A DNA stretch of 64,000 nucleotides from an uncultured virus (IMG/VR IMGVR_UViG_3300020395_001275) (IMGVR_UViG_3300020395_001275); one strand, 5' to 3'. Counted from the first letter of the stretch, positions 48,453-57,382 are shown. Notes: generated from the letters alone by a model not told the origin. A program made the numbers and translations.

Positions 48453-48660
48453 ATAAAGCCTCAAACAAATTATCCGCTAGGTCGTCAATGTCTTGACCTT
48501 TAGGATCTGCTTCAAATAAGAAATCCTTTGGATTTTTTTTCTTCTCTTTGAACAGATCATTTGCTTTTCGAGAGATATGTTTTGGTATCGAAATTTCCTG
48601 GAGAAATTGTTCCTCCACAGAATCCGATTGATTTGAGGTGTTTTGATCCGATTTTGTCAT
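48433..48660 (-). CDS. hypothetical protein
   Basis: ORF track; overlaps upstream gene. Confidence 0.5.
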   Translation of the reverse strand: MTKSDQNTSNQSDSVEEQFLQEISIPKHISRKANDLFKEKKKNPKDFLFEADPKGQDIDDLADNLFEALYDHTNK

Positions 48661-48877
48661 AGTAACAGTCGAAAATGTCTACTTTATTACCCATCACTAT
48701 ATCGTAATGGTCGGAGTAATGTTCTTCTCCTTTTTTCATGTCTAGGTAATGAACTAAACATGCATTTGTTGGAAGTTTTTTATCATGTGCTTTAGATATC
48801 TCACATGCATTATGTAAGATGGTAACACGATATTTGTCTTTGAGATTAGCAACTTCCTCGTTACTTTCCCAAATCAT
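48557..48877 (-). CDS. conserved cyanophage hypothetical protein
   Basis: LP.NA.LV.Y...YDIV...VDIFD.YYD. Confidence 0.8.
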   Translation of the reverse strand: MIWESNEEVANLKDKYRVTILHNACEISKAHDKKLPTNACLVHYLDMKKGEEHYSDHYDIVMGNKVDIFDCYYDKIGSKHLKSIGFCGGTISPGNFDTKTYLSKSK

Positions 48878-49329
48878 GATCTATTTCCCCATTCGATTGA
48901 AGGGAATGCTTCAGATACTACTTGCTTAGTAATCCTATACTTTGCTTGTAAATCCTTATTACATGCAGAAACTAGCATTTTTGCTTCATCAACATGTAAA
49001 CCTTCTAATAACTGCACAAAGAGTTGTTCTCTCTTCATACCTTTAATAGAACTGTCTCCACCTTGGAAGAACCTGTATAGTCCACGATACTCATGTGTTA
49101 AACGAGTATGTTCTGTACCTGCAGGTGCATCATTTGGTGTAAAAGGTACTTCTCCTTCTGGTAGAAGGAATTTTAATGTTTCATCAAAATTGATGATTAA
49201 AACTGCACGTAAGGCATCTTGATTATACTCTTGGAGTAAATCTACCTTCTCTGCTTTAGTTTTAGCAGAAGAAACCTTTTGAAGGATTTCAGTTATAAGT
49301 GCATCATTAGGTAATTTTCTTGGTGCCAT
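48874..49329 (-). CDS. conserved T4-like phage protein (DUF6433-like)
   Basis: EIL..V....K..K...L, LPEG..P, RE..F.Q.LE.LH..EA. Confidence 0.85.
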   Translation of the reverse strand: MAPRKLPNDALITEILQKVSSAKTKAEKVDLLQEYNQDALRAVLIINFDETLKFLLPEGEVPFTPNDAPAGTEHTRLTHEYRGLYRFFQGGDSSIKGMKREQLFVQLLEGLHVDEAKMLVSACNKDLQAKYRITKQVVSEAFPSIEWGNRS

Positions 49330-49354
49330 ATCAAGTCACTTTTTTAGTATTATA

Positions 49355-49591
49355 TCACACTTCATCGTCATCGTCAACAAAATCCTCAGGATCTGCAAAT
49401 CTAACAGCGAGAAGTTCTTCATTTACATACGCTCCACCGCCATCGAGGAACTCAGGATGTAAATTATCTAGTTGTCTCTTATATGTATGCTTCGCCACAG
49501 CCTCGTGATATTGCCAACCTATGACCCCTCCTAACAAGAGACTTAAAAGTATTCCTACCCCAGAAAAAAAGAGTATTACGTTAATTTCCAT
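49355..49591 (-). CDS. DUF2973-like membrane protein
   Basis: TM helix; HPEFLD..G....EELLAVRF. Confidence 0.75.
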   Translation of the reverse strand: MEINVILFFSGVGILLSLLLGGVIGWQYHEAVAKHTYKRQLDNLHPEFLDGGGAYVNEELLAVRFADPEDFVDDDDEV

Positions 49592-49763
49592 CAGTTTCCT
49601 CCTTACGTATGTCGATCCTTATACGTACCCAACGGTTTAATAAACGAAAGGTACGATCAATGTTGCTTGGTCGTACCGCCCTCCTTCTCGGTAACATTAA
49701 CTCTATACCCCTATTTAGAGCGTACTCGTCTGGTCTTATTTTGTTTGTATTGTTCAGCATCAT
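49581..49763 (-). CDS. basic hypothetical protein
   Basis: NRGIELML motif; start uncertain. Confidence 0.5.
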   Translation of the reverse strand: MMLNNTNKIRPDEYALNRGIELMLPRRRAVRPSNIDRTFRLLNRWVRIRIDIRKEETDGN

Positions 49764-50049
49764 GAAGAATATTATAAAGATATTTTCTAATTTTTCTCGC
49801 TTCGGGTTTAGTCCAATTTGGGTATGCTTCTTTCATGTAAGAATGACCTCCCTCTATTATAAGGTCGAGGTCATCTAAAGTGCATCTTATGTTCTTTGCA
49901 GTTCCACAGGTGAGAAAGTCCTGTATTTCTTTTTTTGTTAAATTGTTGTGGGTCAAGTAATCGTACATTTTAAATGTATGCTTATGCGATATCATAGCAT
50001 CCTCAACAACTTTTTCTACGATGTCGATGAGTACGTCTTCTTTATCCAT
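49711..50049 (-). CDS. conserved cyanophage hypothetical protein
   Basis: F..Y.YL...GG....EAY....KP.ARKI..YL..I..DA. Confidence 0.8.
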   Translation of the reverse strand: MDKEDVLIDIVEKVVEDAMISHKHTFKMYDYLTHNNLTKKEIQDFLTCGTAKNIRCTLDDLDLIIEGGHSYMKEAYPNWTKPEARKIRKYLYNILHDAEQYKQNKTRRVRSK

Positions 50050-50050
50050 A

Positions 50051-50287
50051 TCAGACCATATTATGTTCTTTGAGATATTTAACAGTTTCGGTACATCCAC
50101 CGAGTTTCACTCCGTTACAAACTACCTGAGGAAATGTGGAATTTCCTCCAAATTCTTCATAAAAGGCATGACGATCAAAATCCTGATCTAGTTTATATTC
50201 TCGAAAATTAAATTTTCCTAATTTTAGTATTTCACATACTTTGGTGCAATATGGGCATCCATCTTTGGAATAAACAGCAAAATTCAT
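50051..50287 (-). CDS. nrdC: glutaredoxin
   Basis: CPYC, TFPQV, GG motifs. Confidence 0.92.
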   Translation of the reverse strand: MNFAVYSKDGCPYCTKVCEILKLGKFNFREYKLDQDFDRHAFYEEFGGNSTFPQVVCNGVKLGGCTETVKYLKEHNMV

Positions 50288-51318
50288 GGAGTGAAAGTAG
50301 AAACAAACGCAAGTCCGATTAATAAAACACAGAGACCACCTAGTACCTTATAGTACTTACGAATTGGTGTTCCGAAGTATTGTTGTCCTATCATTAAACA
50401 CTTATGTGCAGGTGATAGCAAATATCCAGAATATTCTGTTGCTAAAAACCAGACCAAATATTTATCACCAAAAATCAGCACCAAAGCACTTGTCATACCT
50501 GCATACTTACCAGATGACCCCATAATCCATGCTGCAAGTGTTGAAACGAGAGTAACAGGTATAATCATGCTAGGATCTGCTGACTGAAGGTATGCCATAA
50601 CAGGTGCTTTGATGAGACCTACGACACCACCCAATGCAAGCACTATTGTTGAAATAATGGCAAACTGTTTGTTGATATATTTGCCCCAATTCCAATCTTT
50701 ACACAACCATGCATAGTAACAACACATAGCACCAAACCAAGGGAAAAAGAATATTGCTCCTGCCTTTCCTACACATAGCAAAAACCACAATGTAGCGATA
50801 AATGGTGCCCAACCTCGTAATGCCCTTTTCCAGTCAAAATCACGAATATTGCTCATATCGGGCAAAACCGATCTAGGGTTCACTTTTGTAAAAATGTACC
50901 ACCACGTATATCCAAGACATATGAGTAAAAAGGGAAAAGTATGACGTAGCATCTCTCCATACGTAATCCCAAGTGCTGCCATTGGTAATATTATCGTTTT
51001 TTCGAGTGGAGACCACCAATAATAGTGATGTGTGCTCAAATAGTCGATAATACCAAACTCACTCCTTTTCCTCTTGTCAGGAGGTGCTATAGCGTCCAGT
51101 AAAGGTGCTGAAAGAGCAACTCTACCAGGAATAGGCAAAACACCTCCTAGAAGCGATGTAATGATAATCATAATGCGATTATCCTTAATATATCGTTTTG
51201 CTAAAGAATACACATCGTCTAAAACGTGATATTGACGAATGTACCCTCCTAAAATCATTATTCCGAAGATGTAACCCATATAGAGTTCCTTCTTCGCAAT
51301 ACTTGCTAAAATTTCCAT
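50284..51318 (-). CDS. multi-pass membrane protein, DUF401 / ion-transporter superfamily-like
   Basis: About 9-10 hydrophobic segments; G.LPIPG...SAP, HH.Y..SPL and LLSPAH.CL. Confidence 0.75.
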   Translation of the reverse strand: MEILASIAKKELYMGYIFGIMILGGYIRQYHVLDDVYSLAKRYIKDNRIMIIITSLLGGVLPIPGRVALSAPLLDAIAPPDKRKRSEFGIIDYLSTHHYYWWSPLEKTIILPMAALGITYGEMLRHTFPFLLICLGYTWWYIFTKVNPRSVLPDMSNIRDFDWKRALRGWAPFIATLWFLLCVGKAGAIFFFPWFGAMCCYYAWLCKDWNWGKYINKQFAIISTIVLALGGVVGLIKAPVMAYLQSADPSMIIPVTLVSTLAAWIMGSSGKYAGMTSALVLIFGDKYLVWFLATEYSGYLLSPAHKCLMIGQQYFGTPIRKYYKVLGGLCVLLIGLAFVSTFTP

Positions 51319-51333
51319 AAAAAACGTATGAGT

Positions 51334-51364
51334 AAAAAATTACCCGAATTTTTTTTCCGACTTT
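51334..51364 (+). repeat. 31-bp dispersed repeat, copy 1
   Basis: AAAAAATTACCCGAATTTTTTTTCCGACTTT identical to 55689-55719. Confidence 0.9.
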
Positions 51365-51421
51365 TTTTGAAACATAAAGTCGAATCTCCTGAGAGAATTA
51401 TAGTATATTATACCTGAAGTG

Positions 51422-52045
51422 TCAACAGTTCTTATTAAGATCCTCTGCCATGTTACCACCTATCTCTGCCCCCTGATTACCGCCAAACATAGCGACCCAG
51501 CCAGCAGCAACCCAACCAACAAAGGGGATACCACTAAGAGCAGGAGCAGCACTAGCACCAATACTTGTCCCGACCAGTCTGCCTGTACCTTCTGCACCTC
51601 CGATTGCTTTAATACAGGCTTCACTTTTTCGGGCAGCAGTTATCTTTGCTGCTTCGCCTTGTGTCAAACCTGGTTGTCCATCTAACCATGATCTATGATT
51701 AGATACTGCACCACCTTGGTTGATTGCACCATCCATGAAGTACTCCTCAGTAATCTGAGTTGTCTCATTTGCTAGTCCTAAGAAACCACCCTTCTCTTTG
51801 ATGTCCTTAGTAATCATCGCTGTCTTAGGATCATTGGCACTATAACTTATCTTATATCCTTCTTTATCTGCAGACACTACGTATGAGGTGTAAGGTCCTA
51901 CAGGTATGTCTAGGTCTGGTAGACCATCTTTTCTGTTGGCAATCATGCCAATCAAACCGATATGAGAAAGACCAAGCACTCCACCCAAACCTAGAGCAAA
52001 CCACTTGGTTAAATTTATTTTCTTCTTTTCATCCTGATCCATCAT
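51422..52045 (-). CDS. membrane-anchored protein with glycine-zipper C-terminus
   Basis: N-terminal TM; G.LVG.SIGA...IPFVGWVAAG..GG..G..IGG. Confidence 0.8.
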   Translation of the reverse strand: MMDQDEKKKINLTKWFALGLGGVLGLSHIGLIGMIANRKDGLPDLDIPVGPYTSYVVSADKEGYKISYSANDPKTAMITKDIKEKGGFLGLANETTQITEEYFMDGAINQGGAVSNHRSWLDGQPGLTQGEAAKITAARKSEACIKAIGGAEGTGRLVGTSIGASAAPALSGIPFVGWVAAGWVAMFGGNQGAEIGGNMAEDLNKNC

Positions 52046-52070
52046 GTTAGCAATTACTAACGTATATATG

Positions 52071-52247
52071 CTACCACTCTTCTTCTGCTTCCAAAGATTG
52101 CTGATATTCCATATTATTCTTGCAATATGCGTGAACATCAATCTCCATTTTATGATGAGCACGAGTGTGAACTACTTGTATCAGTGCTAGTGATCCCACG
52201 AGACACAGGTTCATAACTGTTAGTGGGTGAGTAAAGTATTTCATCAT
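52071..52247 (-). CDS. small membrane protein
   Basis: HP.T..NL..VGSL..IQ..HT.AH. Confidence 0.65.
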   Translation of the reverse strand: MMKYFTHPLTVMNLCLVGSLALIQVVHTRAHHKMEIDVHAYCKNNMEYQQSLEAEEEW

Positions 52248-52249
52248 AT

Positions 52250-52279
52250 AAAAAAAGACCCCTACTATGTAGAGGTCTT
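52250..52279 (-). terminator. intrinsic terminator
   Basis: AAGACCTCTAC-ATA-GTAGGGGTCTT followed by T-run. Confidence 0.8.
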
Positions 52280-52302
52280 GATCCATCTCGAACCGAGATT
52301 AT

Positions 52303-52659
52303 TTAGAAAGTAAAACGAACGCCTGCTTTTCCAGAAAAGTCAACGTCATCTTCGTTTGTTGCACCGTAGATCTCACCGTAGAACTTACCGTAAGAACCAC
52401 CTAGGTAACCTGCAATCTCTACGTCGCCAAACTCATCTGCAGCTTCAGTATGTCCTACTGTAGGTCCTACAGATGCGTACCAACCGATACCACCAGGTGT
52501 TTCTCCTTCGTATCCAATTTGTGCTTCTAATCCACCAGATGTATATGCACCATCAGGATATGAACCAGTTGCTTCCAAATTAACGTATGGACCAGCAAAA
52601 GCTGCACCAGCGAATAGGAATGGAGATGCTGCTACTGCAGCGATTGTTGATTTAATCAT
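52303..52659 (-). CDS. small outer-membrane beta-barrel protein (host-like)
   Basis: Signal peptide ending AFA; alternating beta pattern; C-terminal GVRFTF. Confidence 0.75.
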   Translation of the reverse strand: MIKSTIAAVAASPFLFAGAAFAGPYVNLEATGSYPDGAYTSGGLEAQIGYEGETPGGIGWYASVGPTVGHTEAADEFGDVEIAGYLGGSYGKFYGEIYGATNEDDVDFSGKAGVRFTF

Positions 52660-52676
52660 TTGTTTTATTTGTATCT

Positions 52677-52760
52677 CGCAAGAAAAAACCCTTGCGGATG
52701 ATAGCACCCCCGACATGGGGTACTTTTGCATACGCAGGGGCACGATCTTTCGATCCCTTT
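52677..52760 (-). ncRNA. candidate structured 5' UTR
   Basis: GAUC-GAAA-GAUC, AGUACCCC/GGGGUGCU and CGCAAG/CUUGCG hairpins after TTGACC-17-TATAAT. Confidence 0.5.
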
Positions 52761-52807
52761 GTTATGATAGTATTTATTATAACATTCTCTTCGGAATTGG
52801 TCAACCC

Positions 52808-53461
52808 CTAGTGGACAGTTGTGGACTCGACACACTTCCAATCAGCATCGAAGAGTTCCAACCCTTTGTCTGTAAGGATGTGCTTATACATGCCATCAAA
52901 TACTTTAGGTGGTATCGTACATATGTTAGCACCATACTCAAATGCTCTACCCACATCTCTTACGTTGCGGATGGATGCAGCAAGTATCTCTGTGTATACA
53001 TTCTGTCTAGTGTATACGTTAGCAATGTCCTTGATCAGACATAGACCACCAAATGAGTTGTCATCTACTCTACCTACGAATGGTGAGACATAACTTGCAC
53101 CTGCCTTAGCAGATAATATTGCCTGTGATGGTGAGAAGATAAGAGTTACGTTTACCTTGATAGATGGTCTTAACTGTTTGCAAACCCATAGACCCTCTGG
53201 TGTACAGGGTACTTTGATCGTTGCATTCTTACCAAACTTATTAGCAAGTCTTCTACCTTCATGGAGCATGATCTCATCATTGCCTACCACTTCCATGGAT
53301 ACATCTGTGATGCCCATGTCAATTAGTTCTTGGTAAACATCCTCTGGATCTCTACCACTCTTTCGTATGAGGGTGGGGTTGGTTGTGACCCCATCAATTA
53401 AACCAGTTTCAAATGCAGAACGTATTACATTTACATCTGCGGAATCAATAAAAATTTTCAT
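52808..53461 (-). CDS. talC: transaldolase (TalC/FSA family)
   Basis: MKIF.D.AD, GVTTNP, IKVP.T.EG, NVTL.FS, SPFVGR.DD, LAASIR. Confidence 0.96.
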   Translation of the reverse strand: MKIFIDSADVNVIRSAFETGLIDGVTTNPTLIRKSGRDPEDVYQELIDMGITDVSMEVVGNDEIMLHEGRRLANKFGKNATIKVPCTPEGLWVCKQLRPSIKVNVTLIFSPSQAILSAKAGASYVSPFVGRVDDNSFGGLCLIKDIANVYTRQNVYTEILAASIRNVRDVGRAFEYGANICTIPPKVFDGMYKHILTDKGLELFDADWKCVESTTVH

Positions 53462-53464
53462 TAG

Positions 53465-53692
53465 TTAGTCGTCATATACTAAACACTCTGGTTCTTCTGG
53501 ATGCTGATCGCACCATAGTTCCAATGCGTTAGGGTCGTGGTGATCACCACTTTCAATTTCATCTTTGTGATGCTCGACATACTCCTCAAGATCATGGAGT
53601 TCCTCTTTAACATGTCTGCGTGCTGCAGGATTAGTTGTTGGATCTGAGAGGATGTCTTTATCTTTTTCGATATGGTCTTCTATAGTTTTCAT
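53465..53692 (-). CDS. cp12: CP12 Calvin-cycle inhibitor
   Basis: C-terminal LELWCDQHPEEPECLVYDD; adjacent to talC. Confidence 0.92.
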   Translation of the reverse strand: MKTIEDHIEKDKDILSDPTTNPAARRHVKEELHDLEEYVEHHKDEIESGDHHDPNALELWCDQHPEEPECLVYDD

Positions 53693-53718
53693 CGTAGTAC
53701 CTCCGTTGTGATACAGAA

Positions 53719-53865
53719 CTATTTATCTTCTACATCATATTCTACCACAAGTTTCTTGGATTGGCGACCCATAGAACTTGCTGTGGTGATTTTCTGACAA
53801 GAACCACCTAATAATGTAGCGAGTTCTTCTATTCTTTTTATAATACGGTCTTTACTTTCAGTCAT
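53719..53865 (-). CDS. 48-aa hypothetical protein
   Basis: Manual translation MTESKDRII...GRQSKKLVVEY. Confidence 0.6.
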   Translation of the reverse strand: MTESKDRIIKRIEELATLLGGSCQKITTASSMGRQSKKLVVEYDVEDK

Positions 53866-54166
53866 TTTCAAAATAGTCTGCTAGTGCACTATCTATTGCA
53901 TCATTAGGTTGGGTCATGTTCTGCTCTATCTTTTCTCGCCTAGCATTTCTCATCCAAAAGTATTGCATCATGTGCCAATGATTTGGATCATAGACATCTA
54001 AGTCACCTCTTACCTCTTCTCTTGGTAATAATACCTCATCAAGTTTTGGACAATAAGTAGGTTTACCATCCAGACGAGGACTGCATGCATGTGCAGGTGG
54101 ATCAGTGATCGGTGCTGTGCACGCAACCAGTGTCATCGGTAAGAGTATTAGGATACCACGTATCAT
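53858..54166 (-). CDS. putative lipoprotein
   Basis: Lipobox-like LVAC after hydrophobic stretch. Confidence 0.6.
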   Translation of the reverse strand: MIRGILILLPMTLVACTAPITDPPAHACSPRLDGKPTYCPKLDEVLLPREEVRGDLDVYDPNHWHMMQYFWMRNARREKIEQNMTQPNDAIDSALADYFEND

Positions 54167-54248
54167 ACATAAAAATCCAATAAATTACTATCGCTACAAA
54201 GACTAGTAGGATAGCTATCATAATAATTATAGACCATACTACTTCCAT
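54102..54248 (-). CDS. single-TM small protein
   Basis: MEVVWSIIIMIAILLVFVAIVIYWIFMYD.WYPN. Confidence 0.55.
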   Translation of the reverse strand: MEVVWSIIIMIAILLVFVAIVIYWIFMYDTWYPNTLTDDTGCVHSTDH

Positions 54249-54251
54249 AAG

Positions 54252-54350
54252 TCAAGTTGCGTATGCAACCTGAGGTCCTAGAATAATACTTAGACAGATG
54301 AAAAACAACCACCAACCTTGAAGTAAATACCTAAACTTAAATACTTTCAT
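54252..54350 (-). CDS. 32-aa single-TM peptide
   Basis: AGGAGG RBS; MKVFKFRYLLQGWWLFFICLSIILGPQVAYAT. Confidence 0.55.
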   Translation of the reverse strand: MKVFKFRYLLQGWWLFFICLSIILGPQVAYAT

Positions 54351-54353
54351 TAT

Positions 54354-54515
54354 TTATTCCTCCTTGATACATTTGTCAATAAAATGAGGATGTTCCTTTA
54401 GATAGGAAACATCCTCTTTACTGTGTTCTATTGCTGAGTATGCATCCTCTGCGTACTCACAAATTTCTTTTCGATGCATGTCTGCATCATGATAACTGAT
54501 TGTATAGTGTGACAT
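54354..54515 (-). CDS. 53-aa small protein (Prochlorococcus-like)
   Basis: MSHYTI.YHD....EICEYA.DAY.A......DV.YL.EHP; TATAAATA upstream. Confidence 0.7.
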   Translation of the reverse strand: MSHYTISYHDADMHRKEICEYAEDAYSAIEHSKEDVSYLKEHPHFIDKCIKEE

Positions 54516-54582
54516 TACGATCTTTCGAGTGTCACTTATATTTATAGCACAAACTGGTATTTATACCTAGTAATGTATGGAC

Positions 54583-54735
54583 TCACTGACGGTTCTCTTT
54601 TGCTCTTCTACGTCTGAAGCGTTCGTCTATACTTTTCTTCCCCCAATACATTCCATACAACCACGCTGTGAATATAGCACCTTCAACCCATCCTAGAGTT
54701 TCCCATGCCCATTGTAAAAATTCCCAGAAGTTCAT
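54583..54735 (-). CDS. 50-aa Trp-rich membrane peptide
   Basis: ATGA overlap; MNFWEFLQWAWETLGW... Confidence 0.6.
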   Translation of the reverse strand: MNFWEFLQWAWETLGWVEGAIFTAWLYGMYWGKKSIDERFRRRRAKENRQ

Positions 54736-54905
54736 AATAGTATTGCTCCAATAACAAATCCTTTAGCAAATGCAAGGCAAAGCATCTGATAATCAGACAA
54801 TTTAAACTTGTCTTGTATTTTCTTTGCCATCTTCTTATCCCATTCTTTCACATGATATAAAGCATGTGTAACTGGGTTCATCTTTCCATGATCGTCACAA
54901 GACAT
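54732..54905 (-). CDS. small membrane-associated protein
   Basis: WDK..AKKIQ.KF.LSDYQML...F.KG.VIG. Confidence 0.7.
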   Translation of the reverse strand: MSCDDHGKMNPVTHALYHVKEWDKKMAKKIQDKFKLSDYQMLCLAFAKGFVIGAILL

Positions 54906-55111
54906 TAGAATTCCTCTCCTTTTAAAAATAGTCTTCGTTGCTCCCACGTCTGACCAGACGTAGAACCCTTACAAGGATTTATACAAGCATCATCTTTAAT
55001 ATCATTACATAGTAATCCTGCAAGGTCATGAGGACATCCCTCCTTACCTGTAGCCCAATACAGTTGACCAGCTAACCAACGTGATTGGCATACTGGACAC
55101 TCTTTAATCAT
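54905..55111 (-). CDS. Cys-rich small protein
   Basis: CxxC..RW..GQ.YW.TG....DLAGL.C...CINP. Confidence 0.75.
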   Translation of the reverse strand: MIKECPVCQSRWLAGQLYWATGKEGCPHDLAGLLCNDIKDDACINPCKGSTSGQTWEQRRLFLKGEEF

Positions 55112-55673
55112 GGTATCTCCATATACATTCACCTCGACCCACCTTCTCAGAGTATGCTGATACATTATCCTCTGGTCTGTGGTATGATCGCAACATAATA
55201 TTACCTGCCACGATCAATCTGTCAACTCCCTCCTCTTTTACTGGATCAACACCATGTAATCTCCATGGAGGGAAGGCAAAGATGTCTCCACTCTCTTGAT
55301 GTGTGTGGTATATCTTATTTTTATCATCGTCTATGAAGTAGAAGCAACTCTGTTTAGTTGCGTCAATGATATGTGTGAAGGATATGATCTCATTGCTAGT
55401 GAAGTGTGCATGAAGTGGGTGACTATCGGTGTCTGAGTTATACATCTGACACCACAAACTAAAATCATACTGAGATCTCTTGTACATCCCTAAGTCTGAC
55501 ATCATATCCTTGACGACCCCAGAATAGTAAGGAATTAATAAGTTAGAGAACTTATCTCCCGAATGGAAAGAAGAATAAAATCTAGTCTTGTACAGATGAT
55601 CTTCCGCTATTGCGTGCTTTATTTTATCCTTCAGATCAGAAGGCATTATATAATTTGAATTCCAAATCAACAT
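55104..55673 (-). CDS. 2OG-Fe(II) oxygenase
   Basis: W.Q.Y...H..H.H, FP.W..H.V, R...AGN. Confidence 0.82.
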   Translation of the reverse strand: MLIWNSNYIMPSDLKDKIKHAIAEDHLYKTRFYSSFHSGDKFSNLLIPYYSGVVKDMMSDLGMYKRSQYDFSLWCQMYNSDTDSHPLHAHFTSNEIISFTHIIDATKQSCFYFIDDDKNKIYHTHQESGDIFAFPPWRLHGVDPVKEEGVDRLIVAGNIMLRSYHRPEDNVSAYSEKVGRGECIWRYHD

Positions 55674-55688
55674 AAAAATCTAAAGGGC

Positions 55689-55719
55689 AAAAAATTACCC
55701 GAATTTTTTTTCCGACTTT
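55689..55719 (+). repeat. 31-bp dispersed repeat, copy 2
   Basis: Identical to 51334-51364. Confidence 0.9.
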
Positions 55720-55906
55720 ATGGTAACTGACATTGCGATTCTGGATCCCAACAGTCAGGACACTCCATCTCTTGCTCATAGTTATGGAGCTTACGGATAG
55801 TCTTATCGTATTGATAACCTAGGTTACCATCTTGTGTACGTACTACAGCAGCGTAGTACTCACAGGCATGGATCATACGTTGTATGTCTTTGTTATGAAA
55901 CTGCAT
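55718..55906 (-). CDS. hypothetical protein
   Basis: TAATG coupling; D..R.I.AC..Y...KL..Y. Confidence 0.65.
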   Translation of the reverse strand: MQFHNKDIQRMIHACEYYAAVVRTQDGNLGYQYDKTIRKLHNYEQEMECPDCWDPESQCQLP

Positions 55907-56151
55907 TAGTATGTCCCCCACTCACCTTCGCCATCTTCAAAGACATCATAAGGACCATTGAGTTTCTTCTCAAGTTCTCTCTCATCTAGTACCTCATTGA
56001 TAAGATCTTTGAGTTCTATCTTAAGTTCATCAGTAATGATGTTAAGTTTAGGAGGATTAAAGGGAGGGATCTTAGCACGTTGTTCTTCTAAAGTTAAACC
56101 GCCATCACCTTTCCCAGTGTCGTAAGACATTCCCTGTGTATCTATCTTCAT
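55906..56151 (-). CDS. hypothetical protein
   Basis: KIDTQGMS...ELK.LINEVLDE. Confidence 0.7.
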   Translation of the reverse strand: MKIDTQGMSYDTGKGDGGLTLEEQRAKIPPFNPPKLNIITDELKIELKDLINEVLDERELEKKLNGPYDVFEDGEGEWGTY

Positions 56152-56435
56152 ATTCCATTCCAAAATGTATCTGATGGTGTCTGCTGATTTCTTAGTATCA
56201 TCCAGATACCTATGTTACATAGGAACCAAAACAGATTGGTCACCCATGCTTGTCTCCAACAGTATCTTCTATTACTCTGAACGATATACATGTGTCTTTC
56301 GTTCAGTGTTGAGTCAACAGTGAGTGGTCTAAACTTCAACCACTGCTCTAGTACTAGTGAGATTATAAATCCAATCCCAAAGATATAGAACATCATGTTC
56401 AAGAAACCTGCATTAAAAAGTAAAAGATTAATCAT
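56148..56435 (-). CDS. two-TM membrane protein
   Basis: Two hydrophobic segments; operon packing. Confidence 0.7.
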   Translation of the reverse strand: MINLLLFNAGFLNMMFYIFGIGFIISLVLEQWLKFRPLTVDSTLNERHMYIVQSNRRYCWRQAWVTNLFWFLCNIGIWMILRNQQTPSDTFWNGI

Positions 56436-56754
56436 GGTTGTGTCGCATTGTATCCCAATCACCACCTTCATGACCATGAGCAATACCTAGCTCATGCATA
56501 CGAGCATGTTCTTTAATCTCATCTCTGAGACCTTTACCTCCAGTACCAAAGGTCATGTATATTCCATAACCTAGAAGTACTAACACACATACTCCTATGA
56601 ATACAGCAAACGCTGCACCACCTACTAAGTGAGCATGAGGAATAATATATCCTTTACATGTTTCTACGTCAAATTTTTGCCAAGTACCAGGTAAATGATA
56701 CACAGGAGGGCAAGAGAGAAACAAATCTCTTATCGCTAACATTTCAGTTCCCAT
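56428..56754 (-). CDS. psbN: PsbN-like protein with N-terminal extension
   Basis: TM helix followed by GYGIYMTFG....LRD...EH. Confidence 0.6.
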   Translation of the reverse strand: MGTEMLAIRDLFLSCPPVYHLPGTWQKFDVETCKGYIIPHAHLVGGAAFAVFIGVCVLVLLGYGIYMTFGTGGKGLRDEIKEHARMHELGIAHGHEGGDWDTMRHNHD

Positions 56755-56756
56755 TA

Positions 56757-57119
56757 TTATCTCCTTGGAATATAGTTGGATGCTTTTTGTATAAGTGGAA
56801 GTAAATCCTCTTCTATCCTAGATCTTACATCATCTATCACGTTAACGTCAAGTCCTAAGAAGGGTGGGATAATACCCAAGACACGTAGTAGTCCGTCAAG
56901 AAAGAGTGCAAGGACAGTGAACCCAAGTATCATAGAGATAACTGTTGCGTCTCTATTATGCTTACGCATTGATTCCTCATCAATTCTTCTTGCTTCTTCT
57001 AGTGCATTCGCAATGAGAGCATCCACCTCTGCCTTAGTGTAACTGTCAGTTCCTAAGGTTGAGAATGGAAACTCAGCAATAAAATTTCTTTTTTCTGTTT
57101 GTGATGTAGGCGATTTCAT
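56757..57119 (-). CDS. conserved cyanophage membrane protein
   Basis: HNR.AT.ISMILGF..LALF.DGLLR.LGIIPPF. Confidence 0.8.
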   Translation of the reverse strand: MKSPTSQTEKRNFIAEFPFSTLGTDSYTKAEVDALIANALEEARRIDEESMRKHNRDATVISMILGFTVLALFLDGLLRVLGIIPPFLGLDVNVIDDVRSRIEEDLLPLIQKASNYIPRR

Positions 57120-57292
57120 CTCCCCTCCCTTGATTTGTTTCTAATAGTAATATGATTGCCTTCAATATTAAACTCTAGATAATCTCTATGATCCCATTGT
57201 AATTTCTCATAGAGTTGGTTTAACTTGTTCATATCATCCCAAAGATCAGTAGGAGTTGGTTCTCCCCAAAATGGATTGTCGTCTGGGTTCAT
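57116..57292 (-). CDS. 58-aa AbrB-like protein
   Basis: Manual translation ...LYEKLQWDHRDYLEFNIEGNHITIRN. Confidence 0.65.
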   Translation of the reverse strand: MNPDDNPFWGEPTPTDLWDDMNKLNQLYEKLQWDHRDYLEFNIEGNHITIRNKSREGR

Positions 57293-57324
57293 TCTTAATA
57301 TTTATTTGTACTATTTAATCTCAT

Positions 57325-57352
57325 AAAAAAATGAGGGGAGTATTCCCCTCAT
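57325..57352 (-). terminator. psbA terminator
   Basis: ATGAGGGGA-ATAC-TCCCCTCAT plus T-run. Confidence 0.85.
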
Positions 57353-57382
57353 TATATCTGAATTTGATAACAGTGTCAACCC

